A DNA stretch of 64,000 nt from Salinispira sp. GTDB taxonomy: Bacteria > Spirochaetota > Spirochaetia > DSM-27196 > Salinispiraceae. Where the stretch lies: assembly GCA_965602015.1 (NCBI GenBank), contig OZ271918.1, forward strand, positions 864,001 to 928,000, written 5' to 3'. The position numbers and the translations under genes are program-made. The notes under the pieces were generated by a model. That model worked only from the letters and a program-made list of their open reading frames with translations. It was not told the origin of the DNA and searched no databases. Below, one piece after another: positions 1 through 11,228 of the stretch; the first letter of the stretch is position 1, and every line of letters starts with the position of its first letter.

Positions 1-1587
1 ACCCTCGGTGCCGAAGAATTGCAGAATTACGATGGATAAGCCGCTGAGAAAACTCGGCATGATAATAAGAATAGGATCAAAATACAGCGCGGCGAAGCGA
101 ATCAGAGCGATTTGGAGTCCCATTATTACCAGTATTGCCCCGCTGACCACCGACACGGAGAACAGCACCGACCGCTTCCTGATAATTACCGATATCGCAG
201 CGGCGAAAGCCAAGCTGAGGCCGATGTTGACCAGCAAAGGCTGGGTGCGCAGGAATCGGTGCTGCCCCTGTTCCGCCAATAGCAGCATATTCAGAATGCT
301 ACCGTACATCCCCGCATTGGCATATTCGCTGATGAACGGGGTGGCTCCGATATCGGTGCTGCCCGAGGCTGAGAACGCGAGAATCACGTAGCGGTCCTGT
401 ACTCTGGGCCTCAAGTCGTTTTGAAGCTCCGTGAGCCGCCGGAGATCTGCGACCACAGCATCGATGGTGGGCTGTATTTCGCTGAAATCCAACTCCCCCG
501 AAAGGATAAACGGATTATTCTGCTGTCCCTCGAGAATAGCAGAGATAGTCCCTGTGGTGAGATAGGAACGAAGCAAATCCTCGGCAGCCGTGCGCAAGAG
601 GAAATAGTTATCCAGGCCATCGGGTTCCGCAGTAAAGCTCGCGGCCAAAAACTGATCTTCGGCCTGCCGGTATACATCCAGGGCCTGTGCGCCGAGGCTT
701 TCTGCGGGGAGAACCGCCCAAAACTCGAGCAAGCCGAAATTAAACCACATGCTCTCGCGCACGCTCGCTATTCTCGGGAGGGTCTCGAAGCCGATATGGT
801 CGAAGCTCAGGGGGTAGTCCTTCCGGGGCCACTCGATGAGAATACTGCCGTCGGGCTCCCGGGGGATTACTGCCGGGCGTACATCGTTCCCGTTCAAAGA
901 AAGTCCTTCCTCGCTCAGCCGAAGCTCGAGCTGAGGATTTGCCTTGTCAAAGCTCTCAATGCCCAGTATCCACTCCTCGCCGATCCGCGGGGTGAAGCGC
1001 CGAATAATACCATCCCGGTCGCGGACCACATTGACGAATCCGCTGGCAGCGGTTTCAAACCCGATTTCAGGGCTGAGGGCCCGAAACCGGCCGTCGCCGT
1101 CAAATAATGAGGCAACTTCCAGCGGCGAGATTGAGCGCAGCATGTTGCCGAACACCGGATCTTCCGCAGCGTTGACGATCTCATCAATAGAAAAACCCCG
1201 CTGAAGCAGTTGATTTCTCAAAAAGCCTGAGAGACCCCGGTTGCTGGCAAGATCGAAATTGATGTCGAGGATCTGAGCCTTGGGACTATAAAACTCAAGC
1301 TCCATTAGGTATCTGCCCAGGTCGGTTCGCTGCCAGGGCCATTCACCCTGAAAATCCAGGCTCGGATCGTCGATGTTCAAAAAGACAATCTCATCACTTT
1401 CCGGTACGGGTTCCCGGACCCACAGGAGGCTGTCGTAGATTGAGAGGGATAAACGGCTTTCGCCTGAGAATAGCACAAGCGCAAGGAGGACAAAGATCGC
1501 CGGTATGGCCAGATAGAGGTACAAGGGCAGGGGAAATAGGTTAATAAAGCGGGTTTTGCCCGGAATTCCGGTTTGTGCTTTTTTCAT
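1..1587 (-). CDS. CHASE2-domain membrane receptor, probably an adenylate/guanylate cyclase (partial; runs off the left edge)
   Basis: Not in the ORF track. Manual translation from ATG 1587 is open to position 1: MKKAQTG, a TM helix, then 'IVFLNIDDPSLDFQGEWPWQR' (CHASE2 hallmark) and 'GSTDIGATPF', followed by three TM helices. A purine-rich RBS lies upstream. The output domain is outside the window, so cyclase is an inference. Confidence 0.85.
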   Translation of the reverse strand, partial: MKKAQTGIPGKTRFINLFPLPLYLYLAIPAIFVLLALVLFSGESRLSLSIYDSLLWVREPVPESDEIVFLNIDDPSLDFQGEWPWQRTDLGRYLMELEFYSPKAQILDINFDLASNRGLSGFLRNQLLQRGFSIDEIVNAAEDPVFGNMLRSISPLEVASLFDGDGRFRALSPEIGFETAASGFVNVVRDRDGIIRRFTPRIGEEWILGIESFDKANPQLELRLSEEGLSLNGNDVRPAVIPREPDGSILIEWPRKDYPLSFDHIGFETLPRIASVRESMWFNFGLLEFWAVLPAESLGAQALDVYRQAEDQFLAASFTAEPDGLDNYFLLRTAAEDLLRSYLTTGTISAILEGQQNNPFILSGELDFSEIQPTIDAVVADLRRLTELQNDLRPRVQDRYVILAFSASGSTDIGATPFISEYANAGMYGSILNMLLLAEQGQHRFLRTQPLLVNIGLSLAFAAAISVIIRKRSVLFSVSVVSGAILVIMGLQIALIRFAALYFDPILIIMPSFLSGLSIVILQFFGTEG

Positions 1588-1637
1588 TGCCGTTGCCTTC
1601 CTCTCGGATATATAATTATCACATAAGGTGATTATAA

Positions 1638-2123
1638 ATGATGATGAAGGCAACGAGTATTTTGAAAATCACGGCGATCCTCATTTTGTGCACGGTTTTC
1701 CCCGCCACTATCTACTCCCAATCCGCTGTGGGAAACGGGCGCATTCAGATCAATGAAAGCGAGCTGCTTCGCTACCTCGACTTTCCGTCCTTGCGATGGA
1801 ATCAGCTCGAAGGGATATTGCGCGCAGATGCAGTTCCCGCGGACCGGGATCCCAGGAGGTTTGTGCGCTTTCGCGATGTAGCCAGGATTTTCGTTGTAAG
1901 CGACGGTGATTTGGTTCAGAGCATTGGCTTCCGCCTGTTCCGGAATGCCGGCGCTGCATTCCGGGACCTTCAGCACCTGGAATTTATCCCGGCCGAGCGA
2001 AGCGGCGGAAGCCATGTGTCGGGCAGAGATCTTCTTTCCCTTCTCAACCGCTATGATGTGTGGTTTAAGGAGATATCCTCAAATTACGAAAGTGCGGAAC
2101 TATCTCAGGGGGATCAGCAATGA
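1638..2123 (+). CDS. Secreted hypothetical protein
   Basis: Signal peptide; ATGA overlap with the next gene. Confidence 0.7.
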   Translation: MMMKATSILKITAILILCTVFPATIYSQSAVGNGRIQINESELLRYLDFPSLRWNQLEGILRADAVPADRDPRRFVRFRDVARIFVVSDGDLVQSIGFRLFRNAGAAFRDLQHLEFIPAERSGGSHVSGRDLLSLLNRYDVWFKEISSNYESAELSQGDQQ

Positions 2124-3448
2124 GACATCGGATTACCGTATTTTTGATTGTTTTTGCTCTGGTTGCCTCGAGTCTTTTTGCCCAGCAGCTGTATTTTGAA
2201 TCATACTCATCATTGGAATTGACACCGGACGTTGGGGAGGATCCTGGTTACGACCTTTTTCCATCATATGAAGCGCTTGTGGGTATACGCCCTCTCCGTT
2301 CTGATAGAAGTGCCGGGGGTATGTCTCTAGGCGTGGAAACCCTGGGAAATAGCGTCCTACCGGACTTTGCTATTTCCGGTTCAGTTCGTCCTTATATAAA
2401 CGAGTTGTATTACCGCGTCAGCATTCCGGTGGGCAATGCCCCGTCGGATCCAGGGGACAGCCGGCAACGCAGCACCAGCGACCTCATTCAGATTGCTTTC
2501 GGACGATTAAAAACCGACGACCTGCTTGGTTTGCTGAATCCGTTTATTTACGACGGACTTCGGTATTCCTTGAGCACATCCCGCATTAGCGTGTCCGCCG
2601 AGTTCGGATACCAGGGTCTTTTGGTAAACACTCCCTCTTCCCTGGAAAACACCGGCAATCTGCTTTTTCTCAAAGGTGCAGAAACTACCACCGAGCTGCC
2701 GTTTTGGGATAATCTGGAGGTTATGACTGCCGGGTTAGGCCTCGATGCCCTCAAGTTTTACGGCGGGCCGAATACCGTAATCAGCAAACTCTTTGTCCTG
2801 GCACCTGAGCTCATCGGCAGGCAGAGCCCCTTCTTCCTGGGCGAATATAAAACCGTGCTGAGCGGGACCGGTCTGGAAAATCCCATACGGCACATTTCCG
2901 GGATTGCCGGCTCCACCGGCTCATTAAGCCGCCGCATGTTCTACAGCATTTTGGGAAGCTACTCCCTGATACAGGAGCCCGGTCTCCCGGATATTCGCGC
3001 CGGGGCTGCGGTCGCCGAACTGCGGACCTTTCTCCCCGGCCGATTCGGTCCGAGAATAGAGCTGCAGGCGCTGGCGAGTACCGGCGGTTTTCAGTTTCCC
3101 CAGAGTCTGGCGATTACCCCCGACTATCTGGACTTTAACGAGTCGGCGGCCCTTCTCGCCGCCCTTAATATGGAAGGGCTTCTGTGGCGCAGCCGGTATA
3201 ATCCCCGCCTTGCCTTCGGCTGGCGTCTGAGCGGATTCGCCGCCGGAAAGTCATTTACGGGTCTGGGGCTGGTAAACGATGAGTCCCTGGAAGATGTCAC
3301 AGGCTATGTGGCATCGGGATTCGAAGGTGCACTCAGATTCAGACCCTTGAGGGATCTGGCATTCGAATTGAGCGGAAGGGCATTGTGGCCTTCCGGAGAA
3401 ACTGTTTCATTGGTTGATGCCCGGTTCACTCTGGAGTATCGATACTAA
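2120..3448 (+). CDS. Secreted protein, probable outer-membrane beta-barrel
   Basis: Signal peptide (SSLFA/QQ), alternating amphipathic strands, C-terminal 'ARFTLEYRY' resembling a beta-signal. Confidence 0.6.
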   Translation: MRHRITVFLIVFALVASSLFAQQLYFESYSSLELTPDVGEDPGYDLFPSYEALVGIRPLRSDRSAGGMSLGVETLGNSVLPDFAISGSVRPYINELYYRVSIPVGNAPSDPGDSRQRSTSDLIQIAFGRLKTDDLLGLLNPFIYDGLRYSLSTSRISVSAEFGYQGLLVNTPSSLENTGNLLFLKGAETTTELPFWDNLEVMTAGLGLDALKFYGGPNTVISKLFVLAPELIGRQSPFFLGEYKTVLSGTGLENPIRHISGIAGSTGSLSRRMFYSILGSYSLIQEPGLPDIRAGAAVAELRTFLPGRFGPRIELQALASTGGFQFPQSLAITPDYLDFNESAALLAALNMEGLLWRSRYNPRLAFGWRLSGFAAGKSFTGLGLVNDESLEDVTGYVASGFEGALRFRPLRDLAFELSGRALWPSGETVSLVDARFTLEYRY

Positions 3449-3467
3449 ACACTATGCGGAGGTGCAT

Positions 3468-4037
3468 ATGAAAATACGTCATATAGCGGCGCTGCTTTTC
3501 ATCTTGTTAGGTTTTACCTCATCACTGTTCGCCGGCGAGGCTTTGGTACAGGAAGTACGCGGACTGGCGTTTTTCCGGGACGGCGAATCCTGGTCCCGGA
3601 TAACCCCGGGCGACGTTATTGCCCCGGGTACCCGGGTTTTCAACAGCAGCGGTGGAAGCCTGGTGCTGGAGGTAAACGGCGACAAGGTGGAAGTTGATCC
3701 ACTCTCTGACTTTGATCTGGTCAGCGCCCGCAACCAGCAGGATGCGTCGGTAATGTATGTGCGCTCAGGCGGCATGCGTGCCCAGGTTGTCAGCTCGAGA
3801 GCGGGGGAGGGCGGCGTCAGATTTCAAATCCAAAGCCCGGTAGCCACCGCCAGCGTCCGGGGAACCGTATTCCGTTTTAACGGCGTCGAGCTCGAGGTGG
3901 AGGAGGGCGACGTCCAACTTCAGAATATACTCGGTCAGCGCCACTCGGTGCGGGCGGACCAGAAAAGCCGGGCGTTCGGACTGGAAAATATCAGTTCAGT
4001 CGAACGGTACTTGGAGCGCAATACCACAGTGGAGTAA
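3468..4037 (+). CDS. Periplasmic FecR-domain protein
   Basis: Start reassigned to ATG 3468 (GGAGG RBS); signal peptide; 'FQIQSPVATASVRGTVF' and 'VEEGDV' FecR motifs. Confidence 0.85.
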   Translation: MKIRHIAALLFILLGFTSSLFAGEALVQEVRGLAFFRDGESWSRITPGDVIAPGTRVFNSSGGSLVLEVNGDKVEVDPLSDFDLVSARNQQDASVMYVRSGGMRAQVVSSRAGEGGVRFQIQSPVATASVRGTVFRFNGVELEVEEGDVQLQNILGQRHSVRADQKSRAFGLENISSVERYLERNTTVE

Positions 4038-4065
4038 CGGGTTCCCGGTAGAAATACGTGTGTGT

Positions 4066-4105
4066 CCGGTGCGGGCGGTCAACGCGGCCTCCGCGCCGGT
4101 TTTTT
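4066..4105 (+). terminator. Intrinsic terminator
   Basis: GC hairpin CCGGTGCGG...CCGCGCCGG followed by T6, downstream of the FecR gene. Confidence 0.7.
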
Positions 4106-4142
4106 ACTTCCTCTCCGTGTATACTTGGTGATGGAGGTGAAC

Positions 4143-4568
4143 ATGAAGGCAACACCGTACATTTCATTTAACGGGAACTGCGAGGAGGCGGTGAAGTACT
4201 ACCAATCAATCCTCGGCGGGGATATTAATCTGATGAGGTTCTCCGATCTGCCTGAGAATGAAGGGGTAGTCAGCGAGAACTGGGCTTCAAAAATCATGCA
4301 CGGCAGTCTGACTCTTCCCGGCGGTCAGCAGCTGTACTTCGGCGATAGCTGGGAAGGTCAAACCCTGTCTGCGGGAACCAACGTAACCATCCATCTCAAT
4401 ACGGACAGCGCGGAAGAGGTGTATAGCCTGGTGGAAAAACTCTCTCAGGGAGGCAAGCTGGACATGAATGCCGGAGAAATGTTCTGGGGTTCGGTGTATG
4501 GCAGCTGTAGCGACAAATTCTCGATACACTGGGGTGTGGAATATGAACTACCCGGAGAACAGACCTAA
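4143..4568 (+). CDS. VOC/PhnB-family protein
   Basis: 'TPYISFNGNCEEAVKYY', 'IMHGSL', 'FWGSVYG..DKF.IHW'; GGAGG RBS before ATG 4143. Confidence 0.9.
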   Translation: MKATPYISFNGNCEEAVKYYQSILGGDINLMRFSDLPENEGVVSENWASKIMHGSLTLPGGQQLYFGDSWEGQTLSAGTNVTIHLNTDSAEEVYSLVEKLSQGGKLDMNAGEMFWGSVYGSCSDKFSIHWGVEYELPGEQT

Positions 4569-4664
4569 AGCCCTGTCCCATCCTGCACTATCGCCTTAGG
4601 CTTCCGGCATACCCAAAAACCTAAAAAGAAGGCGGCAGGCTGTGCGCCGCCGCCCGCATTTCTG

Positions 4665-5660
4665 TCAGTACCCCGCATAATCCCCGGTTTCCTGACCGTC
4701 CACCGATGGGCCGTCCATTATTTTGAGCGTGAGGTCGAAATCAAAGGGGGAATCGCCGACGCGATTATCCACATAATACCCAACTCCGTTGAACTGAATT
4801 GCACCTGCGATGGGCCAGGACAGTTCCAAAGCCAGGTGCTGGCTCAGGGGATCAAAGCCGGCTAAATCTATGGGGCTTGCGGGAATGAACAATGCGCCGT
4901 CCACGTCCATGGGGCTGACCTGATCATGCCAGTTGGATTGGGAGACCAGAGTGCTAATAGTTGCAAAATCCTCGTCGCTCAGGCCCAAATCCCCGGCGTT
5001 TGAAATTCCGTCGATAATGCCCTGGGAGATATCACGGCTTGCCAGATACGCCCGGCTCAAAAAGCTGCGGTCGACGAACAATATGCTGTTGGCGTTTATT
5101 CCGGTAAACGCCTCGCCGTGTACCGTGAGCATCTGCCGTTCCAGCCCATCGATAATAAAGGTAACATTACCGCCGCCGATGTCCAGCCGAATGAGATTAA
5201 TGCTGGTGTTGCCTACGCTTATGAAGCGCTCGCTTCGGGTCTCCCAGTAGGGATTCATTCCGACGCCGAGGGTAGAGGCGGTATCTTCGTCCGGGGAGAA
5301 TACCACTGATTCAATCCGGTCGCCCAGAATGTACTCCAGTGATTGTCCGCCGTCGTAGTCGGCAAGCTCGCCGCTGCCGATTCCGTATTTGCTTGAGTAC
5401 AGATTTTCAATATCGCTCAAGCTTTCAAAGCTCCAAAACTCCACATCTGAGCTGCGGAAGAAAATCCGGTTCTCATTCGGGAGCTGCCGGGACGCCGCAA
5501 GCGAGAGGCTTGAGGAGGACTGCCCGATGTTCGACAGATTCATGTTGTTTACCGCTGTTGGGGCCGTGGCCCACAGTCCCTGGTCGGAGTCGGGGCGAAC
5601 AACATCGCATCCGGCGAATAATATTAATGCGGCGAGTACAAAGAGAGAAATGGTTTTCAT
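4665..5660 (-). CDS. Hypothetical lipoprotein
   Basis: Lipobox LFAGC; GAGG RBS; 331 aa. Confidence 0.7.
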   Translation of the reverse strand: MKTISLFVLAALILFAGCDVVRPDSDQGLWATAPTAVNNMNLSNIGQSSSSLSLAASRQLPNENRIFFRSSDVEFWSFESLSDIENLYSSKYGIGSGELADYDGGQSLEYILGDRIESVVFSPDEDTASTLGVGMNPYWETRSERFISVGNTSINLIRLDIGGGNVTFIIDGLERQMLTVHGEAFTGINANSILFVDRSFLSRAYLASRDISQGIIDGISNAGDLGLSDEDFATISTLVSQSNWHDQVSPMDVDGALFIPASPIDLAGFDPLSQHLALELSWPIAGAIQFNGVGYYVDNRVGDSPFDFDLTLKIMDGPSVDGQETGDYAGY

Positions 5661-5954
5661 GGCTACCTCACAGTGACCTGCAGATACGCTGTAGTGCAGT
5701 AATCAGGCATTTCCGATAGGTCATATTTTTAATTGAGGTTAATTATATATCTTTTTTTTGTTTTGACAAGTTTTTTCGCGAGAATTTTGATCAATCCCCA
5801 GGTTATTACCGCGGTCTAGTGTGCATGTAGTTTTCACAATAGGGCTTGGCCAGATATTGTGAATCCCGATATGCTGGGGGCGCAGATTCGGTATGTAAAG
5901 CCGGCTGCCGGGATATGGCTATGGCAGGTACTACTCGGAATAGGGAGGCGTTTA

Positions 5955-6929
5955 ATGAACATCCGGGCCAACATTGACAGAAAAACTGTTTTTGCCTTTT
6001 TACGGCAGGCGCTGGGAATTCTGGTCGGAAGCCTTATATACGGTATAGCCCTTTCATGGTTCCTGGTGCCGTATAAAATCGCGCCGGGAGGGGTCGGGGG
6101 CTTAAGCCAGATTTTTTTTCATACGTTCGGGTGGAACACCGGTTTGGTAATGATCATCATGAATATTCCGCTGTGGATCATGGGATTAATCGTCGTCGGC
6201 CGTCAGTTCGGCATGGGGACGTTTATCGGCTTTTTTAGCAGTTCGGCCATGGCTGACCTGGTCTCGCCGCGTCGGCTCTTTGACTGGGGTATTTTAAAAG
6301 AATTGATTGAATCCTTTAACATGATTGACGGCTCCATGAAGCCTGTCTCGGAATGGGCAATGACTGACAGCATATTCCTGGCGGCCATTGCCGGATCGAT
6401 GATGCTTGGCGTGGGAATCGGATTTATCTTCCGTTCGAAGGCCTCTACCGGCGGTACAGATATTCCCGTGGCAATGCTCAAAAAATACCTGGGGGTTTCC
6501 ATCGGTAACGGCTACCTTATTGTCGAGACGGTGATCATCATGATAATCGGCCTGGTATTCGGCGACCTCAACATCGTCATCTGGAGTTTCTTCGGCCTCT
6601 ACCTCTCGGCTAAATTCACCGATGTGGTGACCGAAGGTCTGTCGCGGGTAAAGACCGCCACCATCATCTGCTCCGACCCCCAGGCCGAGCAGCGGATAAA
6701 GGAACGGATTTACCGGGAAATCGACCGGGGCGTCACCTTCATCAAGGGCGAGGGCAGCTACTCCGGAGATGCCAAGAACATTATCTTCGTCGCCTTCGGC
6801 ATGCAGCAAACTGCGGCGCTGAAGACAATCGCTCACGACGAAGATCCCGGAGTATTTATGATCATGAACGATGTGCGCGACGTCATCGGGTTCGGATTCA
6901 AAAGCCGGGATCTCGATTTGGGGGATTAA
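5955..6929 (+). CDS. YitT-family membrane protein (DUF2179 C-terminus)
   Basis: 'IAPGGVGG', 'STGGTD', 'DRGVT..GEGSYSG'; GGAGG RBS before ATG 5955. Confidence 0.9.
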   Translation: MNIRANIDRKTVFAFLRQALGILVGSLIYGIALSWFLVPYKIAPGGVGGLSQIFFHTFGWNTGLVMIIMNIPLWIMGLIVVGRQFGMGTFIGFFSSSAMADLVSPRRLFDWGILKELIESFNMIDGSMKPVSEWAMTDSIFLAAIAGSMMLGVGIGFIFRSKASTGGTDIPVAMLKKYLGVSIGNGYLIVETVIIMIIGLVFGDLNIVIWSFFGLYLSAKFTDVVTEGLSRVKTATIICSDPQAEQRIKERIYREIDRGVTFIKGEGSYSGDAKNIIFVAFGMQQTAALKTIAHDEDPGVFMIMNDVRDVIGFGFKSRDLDLGD

Positions 6930-7016
6930 CTGGGTGGATTAACTTGGGGGATTGAACAGGGTGATGGAGGCAGCAGGTCCTCATCCCGTACTCCGCCGAT
7001 GGCAGCCCTGCGAGTA

Positions 7017-8099
7017 TCACTGTGGGCTGACGAAGCCTTCCCAACGGCTCATGTAATTGATAAATGTTTCGGAAAGTCCCTCCTCCGCCAGGACATGGCG
7101 CTGAACCGGCAGGGAGTGGCTGGTGAAGTCTTTGTCATCAATGGCCCGCTTCGGAAAGTCATGATGGAGAATGGCCGCCTGTCCCAAAAGGGCGAAATCC
7201 GCCCCTGCGTCGATTACCGCCTGAACATCGGCGGCGCTGTTGAGCTTGCCCGCGACTCCCAGGGCTGTCCGGCCCCGCGCTAGCTCAGCATACCAGCCGA
7301 GTAATGTTTTTTCTCCGTATGCCGGATCTTCAGGATATTTGAAACAATCCCACAATGACATGTCCAGGAAATCAAGGGCATCGGAGGCCAGCAAACCGGC
7401 GGCGAGCTGATGCATTTCAGCAAAATCCAGCCCGTGGCCTTCGGGTGAAAGGCGCAGTCCGAGGATAAAGTCAGGGCCGCAGGCACGCCGTATTCCCCCG
7501 ATGATGTCCATCAGAAGCCGGCTCCGGTTTTCCAGGCTTCCTCCGTACTCATCATTTCGACGGTTGAACTGGCTGCTGAGGAACTGGCAGATGAGGTATC
7601 CGTGGGCTCCGTGAATTTCTACTCCGGCGAAGCCCGCTTCCCGGCTCCGTTTAGCGCCGGCGATAAAATCTTTCACCAGCCGCCTTACTTCTTCGCGGCT
7701 TAGTCCTCTGGCGTCTTCCGACTCGTCGGGGGATGGCGCTACGGGCTGAAGGCCTCCGTTAATTTCGCGGCTCGAGCGAAGGCCGCCGTGGAAAATCTGC
7801 ATAATGGGCAACGCCCCGTCGGCTTTGATTCTTTGAGTCAAAGGCCGTAATCCGTCGATCTGATCGTCCCTGTACATGCCCAGCTCGCCGCTCCAGGTTT
7901 TACCGTTTTGCTGGACGTTGGCCGCGCAGGTCATTACTGCGCCGAATCCGCCTTGGGAGCGCATGGCCAGCCAGTGAAATTCATCCTCGCTGAGGCGTCC
8001 GTCCTCGTGGCTTTGCTTGTTGGTCATGGGTGCGAGCATAAAGCGGTTTTTCATCGAGCTGCCGTTGGTAAAAAAAACCGGGTCGTTGAGTCGGGGCAT
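7017..8099 (-). CDS. NADH:flavin oxidoreductase (Old Yellow Enzyme family)
   Basis: 'NRFMLAPMT', 'GVEIHGAHGYLICQFLS', 'NRRNDEYGGSLENR'. Confidence 0.92.
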   Translation of the reverse strand: MPRLNDPVFFTNGSSMKNRFMLAPMTNKQSHEDGRLSEDEFHWLAMRSQGGFGAVMTCAANVQQNGKTWSGELGMYRDDQIDGLRPLTQRIKADGALPIMQIFHGGLRSSREINGGLQPVAPSPDESEDARGLSREEVRRLVKDFIAGAKRSREAGFAGVEIHGAHGYLICQFLSSQFNRRNDEYGGSLENRSRLLMDIIGGIRRACGPDFILGLRLSPEGHGLDFAEMHQLAAGLLASDALDFLDMSLWDCFKYPEDPAYGEKTLLGWYAELARGRTALGVAGKLNSAADVQAVIDAGADFALLGQAAILHHDFPKRAIDDKDFTSHSLPVQRHVLAEEGLSETFINYMSRWEGFVSPQ

Positions 8100-8188
8100 C
8101 TGTTCTCCTGATGGTGCCGTGGTGTCGGAGAAAGATACCGGGTAAAGAGATCAACTTCAAGTTTTCCCGCTTTGCGTTTGGACCCGAC

Positions 8189-10330
8189 TTAGTGGGTTCC
8201 CCGGGGCGGCGGGAGGGTTCGCTGCGGGGCTTGCTCTCCATTATTTGTTTCGAAGAAATCCAGGAGGTTCATGATGTCGGTTATCGCCTTCATCATTTCT
8301 TCCGCCGCCGCGGAGGTCTGTTCAGCCGACGCGCTGTTTTGCTGTGACATGTCTTCAATCTGGTTCATGGCTCCGGTTATTTCCTTGATGGATAGCGCCT
8401 GTTGAACGCTTGATTCGCTTATGTATTTCAGTTGCTCGAGAATGTTGCCGATCTCGGTTTCGATGCTCGTCAGGTGTCCCGAGGTTTCTTTCAGCGCTGC
8501 ATTTCCCGAATCCACCTTTTTGATTGATTCTTCAACCATTCTCTGGGTTTCCTTGACTGCCTCGGCGCTTCGATTCGCCAGGTTGCGAACTTCATCAGCC
8601 ACTACCGCGAATCCTTTGCCGTACTTTCCGGCCCGGGCTGCCTCAACATTCGCATTCAGAGCGAGCAGATTAATCTGGAATGCAATATCATCGATCAGTT
8701 TTACCACCCCGCTGATATCGCCGCTCGAGGCGGTTATTTCTTCCATGGCCGAGGTAAGGGAGTCCATGGCTCCGGCGGCTTTTTCGGTGCTGGACGTAGC
8801 GGTGCCGGCGATTTCCGATGCCTCTTTGGATCGACCGGCATTGAGGTTCGCCTGGTTATCTATTTCATTTAATGATGCGGATATTTGCTCAAGGCTCGCT
8901 GCCTGGTGCACGATTGACTGGCTTAAGGTACCGTTAGCCTGGGCCACTTGTGAGCTTTGAAGCTGGGCCTGATTGCATCGGTCGCTGATGGAGGCGATTA
9001 TTCCCGTGAGGGACTTTTGCATGGATTTCATGCTCAGACCCAACACATCCTTGTCGCTGGTGATGACGATTTCAGAAATCAGGTTTCCGTCGGCAACCGA
9101 CTCCAAATCATGACTTTTTTTCTGCAGCGCCGAGACCATTTTGGCGAATGCATTATTGAGCTGGGCAAGCTCATCTTTTCCTGAGGTCTCACTGATATGG
9201 ACGTCCAGGTCTCCCAGGGCGATGGTCGATGACATCTTCGTCAGCAGAGAGATACGCTTTTGAATAAAACTCAGAGTAACCAGGATAATAAGCGTCAGGA
9301 CGGCCAGGCCGATGGCCGAGGTGGCGATGAGGAAGATCCGGAAACCCATTACATCGGCCAGCACATCATCGGGATAAAACGAATAGACAATGGTCCAGCC
9401 CAGAGCGTCGAGTCGGCGAATAAAACCGGTTTTTTCAAACGATGAGTCGGGCATCCCGGGTTTGGGAAAAAAATACGAAATCCTTCCCTCGGGAGCATTG
9501 ATAAATCGGGGCAGAAGCAGTTCTCCGGTTTCGGAATCCCGAAGCTCAGGGCTGGTTCCAACCAGGCTCTGGTCGACATAGGTGACAAAACGTCCCTGGC
9601 TATCGAGGATAAACGGATAATCTGTGCGCTCGCTGTCGGTGTACAGGGTATTGTTCAGATAATCGATGCTTTCCTGCTTGAACTCTTGCGCCTGCTTTTC
9701 GATGACATCGATGTACTCGCCGGTACCCAGCACCCAACCCCAGGGTTCGAAGAGCAGGGTGTAGCCCAATTTTTCCGAGGCCTCGGTCTCCCCGGGTTTG
9801 GGAAAATAATATTCAAGCCATGCCTCGCCGTCGCGCACCGAATTGTCTACCAAATCACGGATGATGTACGTTCCGGTCTGATCCTGAAGATCGCGGCGGC
9901 TCGTACCGACTACCGAAGGGTTCGGGGGAAGGGCGACATTGATGTAGTCAACCGTATCAGCCCAGATATATCCATCGACCCCGAAGAGCATGGAATTTAT
10001 CTGTTCCACCGCAAGGGTCTGGGCCTGCTCCCGGGTGAATGCGCCGGAGGATTCCCGGGCATAAAGGCTCTCAAGCATTCCATGGGCAGTTTCGAGGATT
10101 TCTCTGAGCCGCCGCTCAACGTCTCTGCGCTGAAATGCCGATTCTGTTTCGATGGAGTTGTTCAGGGCCTGGGCTTCATTATAAATACCGTCCACGAAAA
10201 CCTTCGCGAATTCGGTATTTTGCTCCATGACATCCCGGGTTACCGTTGTGGAAATCATGATAATCAAAATAAAAATATAGGCGACCAGGGTGAAAAATAT
10301 GGGGATAAAAATCTTCCAGCGAATCGACAT
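8189..10330 (-). CDS. Methyl-accepting chemotaxis protein with tandem Cache domains
   Basis: TM, two 'Y.FPKPG' Cache repeats, TM, HAMP, and '[32 protein letters not shown]'; start at ATG 10330 after AGGAG. Confidence 0.93.
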   Translation of the reverse strand: MSIRWKIFIPIFFTLVAYIFILIIMISTTVTRDVMEQNTEFAKVFVDGIYNEAQALNNSIETESAFQRRDVERRLREILETAHGMLESLYARESSGAFTREQAQTLAVEQINSMLFGVDGYIWADTVDYINVALPPNPSVVGTSRRDLQDQTGTYIIRDLVDNSVRDGEAWLEYYFPKPGETEASEKLGYTLLFEPWGWVLGTGEYIDVIEKQAQEFKQESIDYLNNTLYTDSERTDYPFILDSQGRFVTYVDQSLVGTSPELRDSETGELLLPRFINAPEGRISYFFPKPGMPDSSFEKTGFIRRLDALGWTIVYSFYPDDVLADVMGFRIFLIATSAIGLAVLTLIILVTLSFIQKRISLLTKMSSTIALGDLDVHISETSGKDELAQLNNAFAKMVSALQKKSHDLESVADGNLISEIVITSDKDVLGLSMKSMQKSLTGIIASISDRCNQAQLQSSQVAQANGTLSQSIVHQAASLEQISASLNEIDNQANLNAGRSKEASEIAGTATSSTEKAAGAMDSLTSAMEEITASSGDISGVVKLIDDIAFQINLLALNANVEAARAGKYGKGFAVVADEVRNLANRSAEAVKETQRMVEESIKKVDSGNAALKETSGHLTSIETEIGNILEQLKYISESSVQQALSIKEITGAMNQIEDMSQQNSASAEQTSAAAEEMMKAITDIMNLLDFFETNNGEQAPQRTLPPPRGTH

Positions 10331-10400
10331 GGCAGCTCCTGTAGACTTGTTGTAATGCCCAGGTGTCATGAACGACCCGGACGGCCTTAAGTATAGTACA

Positions 10401-11054
10401 TCACAAGCCCAAAGTTGCTTCCAGTTGATCCAGGTAATCTACGAAGACCTCCAGCGAGACATACCCGCGAATTATCTCATAGCGCCGCTGACCATCCAGG
10501 TCGTAAACCACCGCGAAACTCGGCGGTCCGCTGATGCCCAGGGCCCTGGCGATGCCTGTGCTTTCCGCAACAAGGTTTACATAGTCGTTTCGTCGAACCG
10601 ATTGCTCAAGGGTCTCGCCGTCCATACCCAAACCATCGGCAAACCGTTTGAGATTTTCATGGCTGTAGACTCCGCTGTTTATTTCTTCCTGTGAGGAGTA
10701 CAGCAGGGCTGCGAATTCTTCGAAGCGGCCGCTGTCTCTGGCTGCAAGGGCATACGCCCCCGCCAGCGCAGATTCGGCTCCCAGCAGGGCCACCGGGGTA
10801 ACCCGGAATAAAAATCCCCTGTCCCCGGCGACTTCCCGAATGAGCTCCGTCTCTACCTCATCGTGAAAGCGCGTGCATACGGGGCATTGGTAATCGGTAA
10901 ACAGCTGTACCATAACCGGGCTGGCAGGATCGCCGAAATCGTAGGAAGCCGATGGAGATCTCTGCCCGCCGCAGCCTGCGGATAGCAGCAGGATTACAAG
11001 TAAAGACCCAAAAGCCGGCGCACTGTACAGGACTTTTTGTGTTCTGATTGTCAT
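10401..11054 (-). CDS. DsbA/BdbD-like thioredoxin-fold protein, probable lipoprotein
   Basis: 'FTDYQCPVC' CxxC, 'LGISGPPSF' cis-Pro loop, lipobox-like LSAGC. Confidence 0.85.
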   Translation of the reverse strand: MTIRTQKVLYSAPAFGSLLVILLLSAGCGGQRSPSASYDFGDPASPVMVQLFTDYQCPVCTRFHDEVETELIREVAGDRGFLFRVTPVALLGAESALAGAYALAARDSGRFEEFAALLYSSQEEINSGVYSHENLKRFADGLGMDGETLEQSVRRNDYVNLVAESTGIARALGISGPPSFAVVYDLDGQRRYEIIRGYVSLEVFVDYLDQLEATLGL

Positions 11055-11228
11055 TGAAACTCCTCATGTATTTCTGCCCCGGCAGCATGACTTGTCTGCT
11101 GTTCAAGGATCTATCAAACTTTACCAAAATTCTCAAAGATAGCAAGGGAGAAGAGAAGAGAAGGCTGGAACCCGACCCGTGGTCTCAGTATCTTTCGCAT
11201 ATAAGAGATTCAGAAAAAGAGGAAAACA

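Noticed and set aside
421..1107. 228-aa + strand ORF and neighbouring short ORFs
   Set aside because: Antisense shadows of the CHASE2 gene, which has recognisable motifs on the - strand.
6918..6957. Three ~13-bp copies of TTGGGGGATTAAC at the YitT stop
   Set aside because: Real but short local slippage duplication; no spacers or functional evidence.
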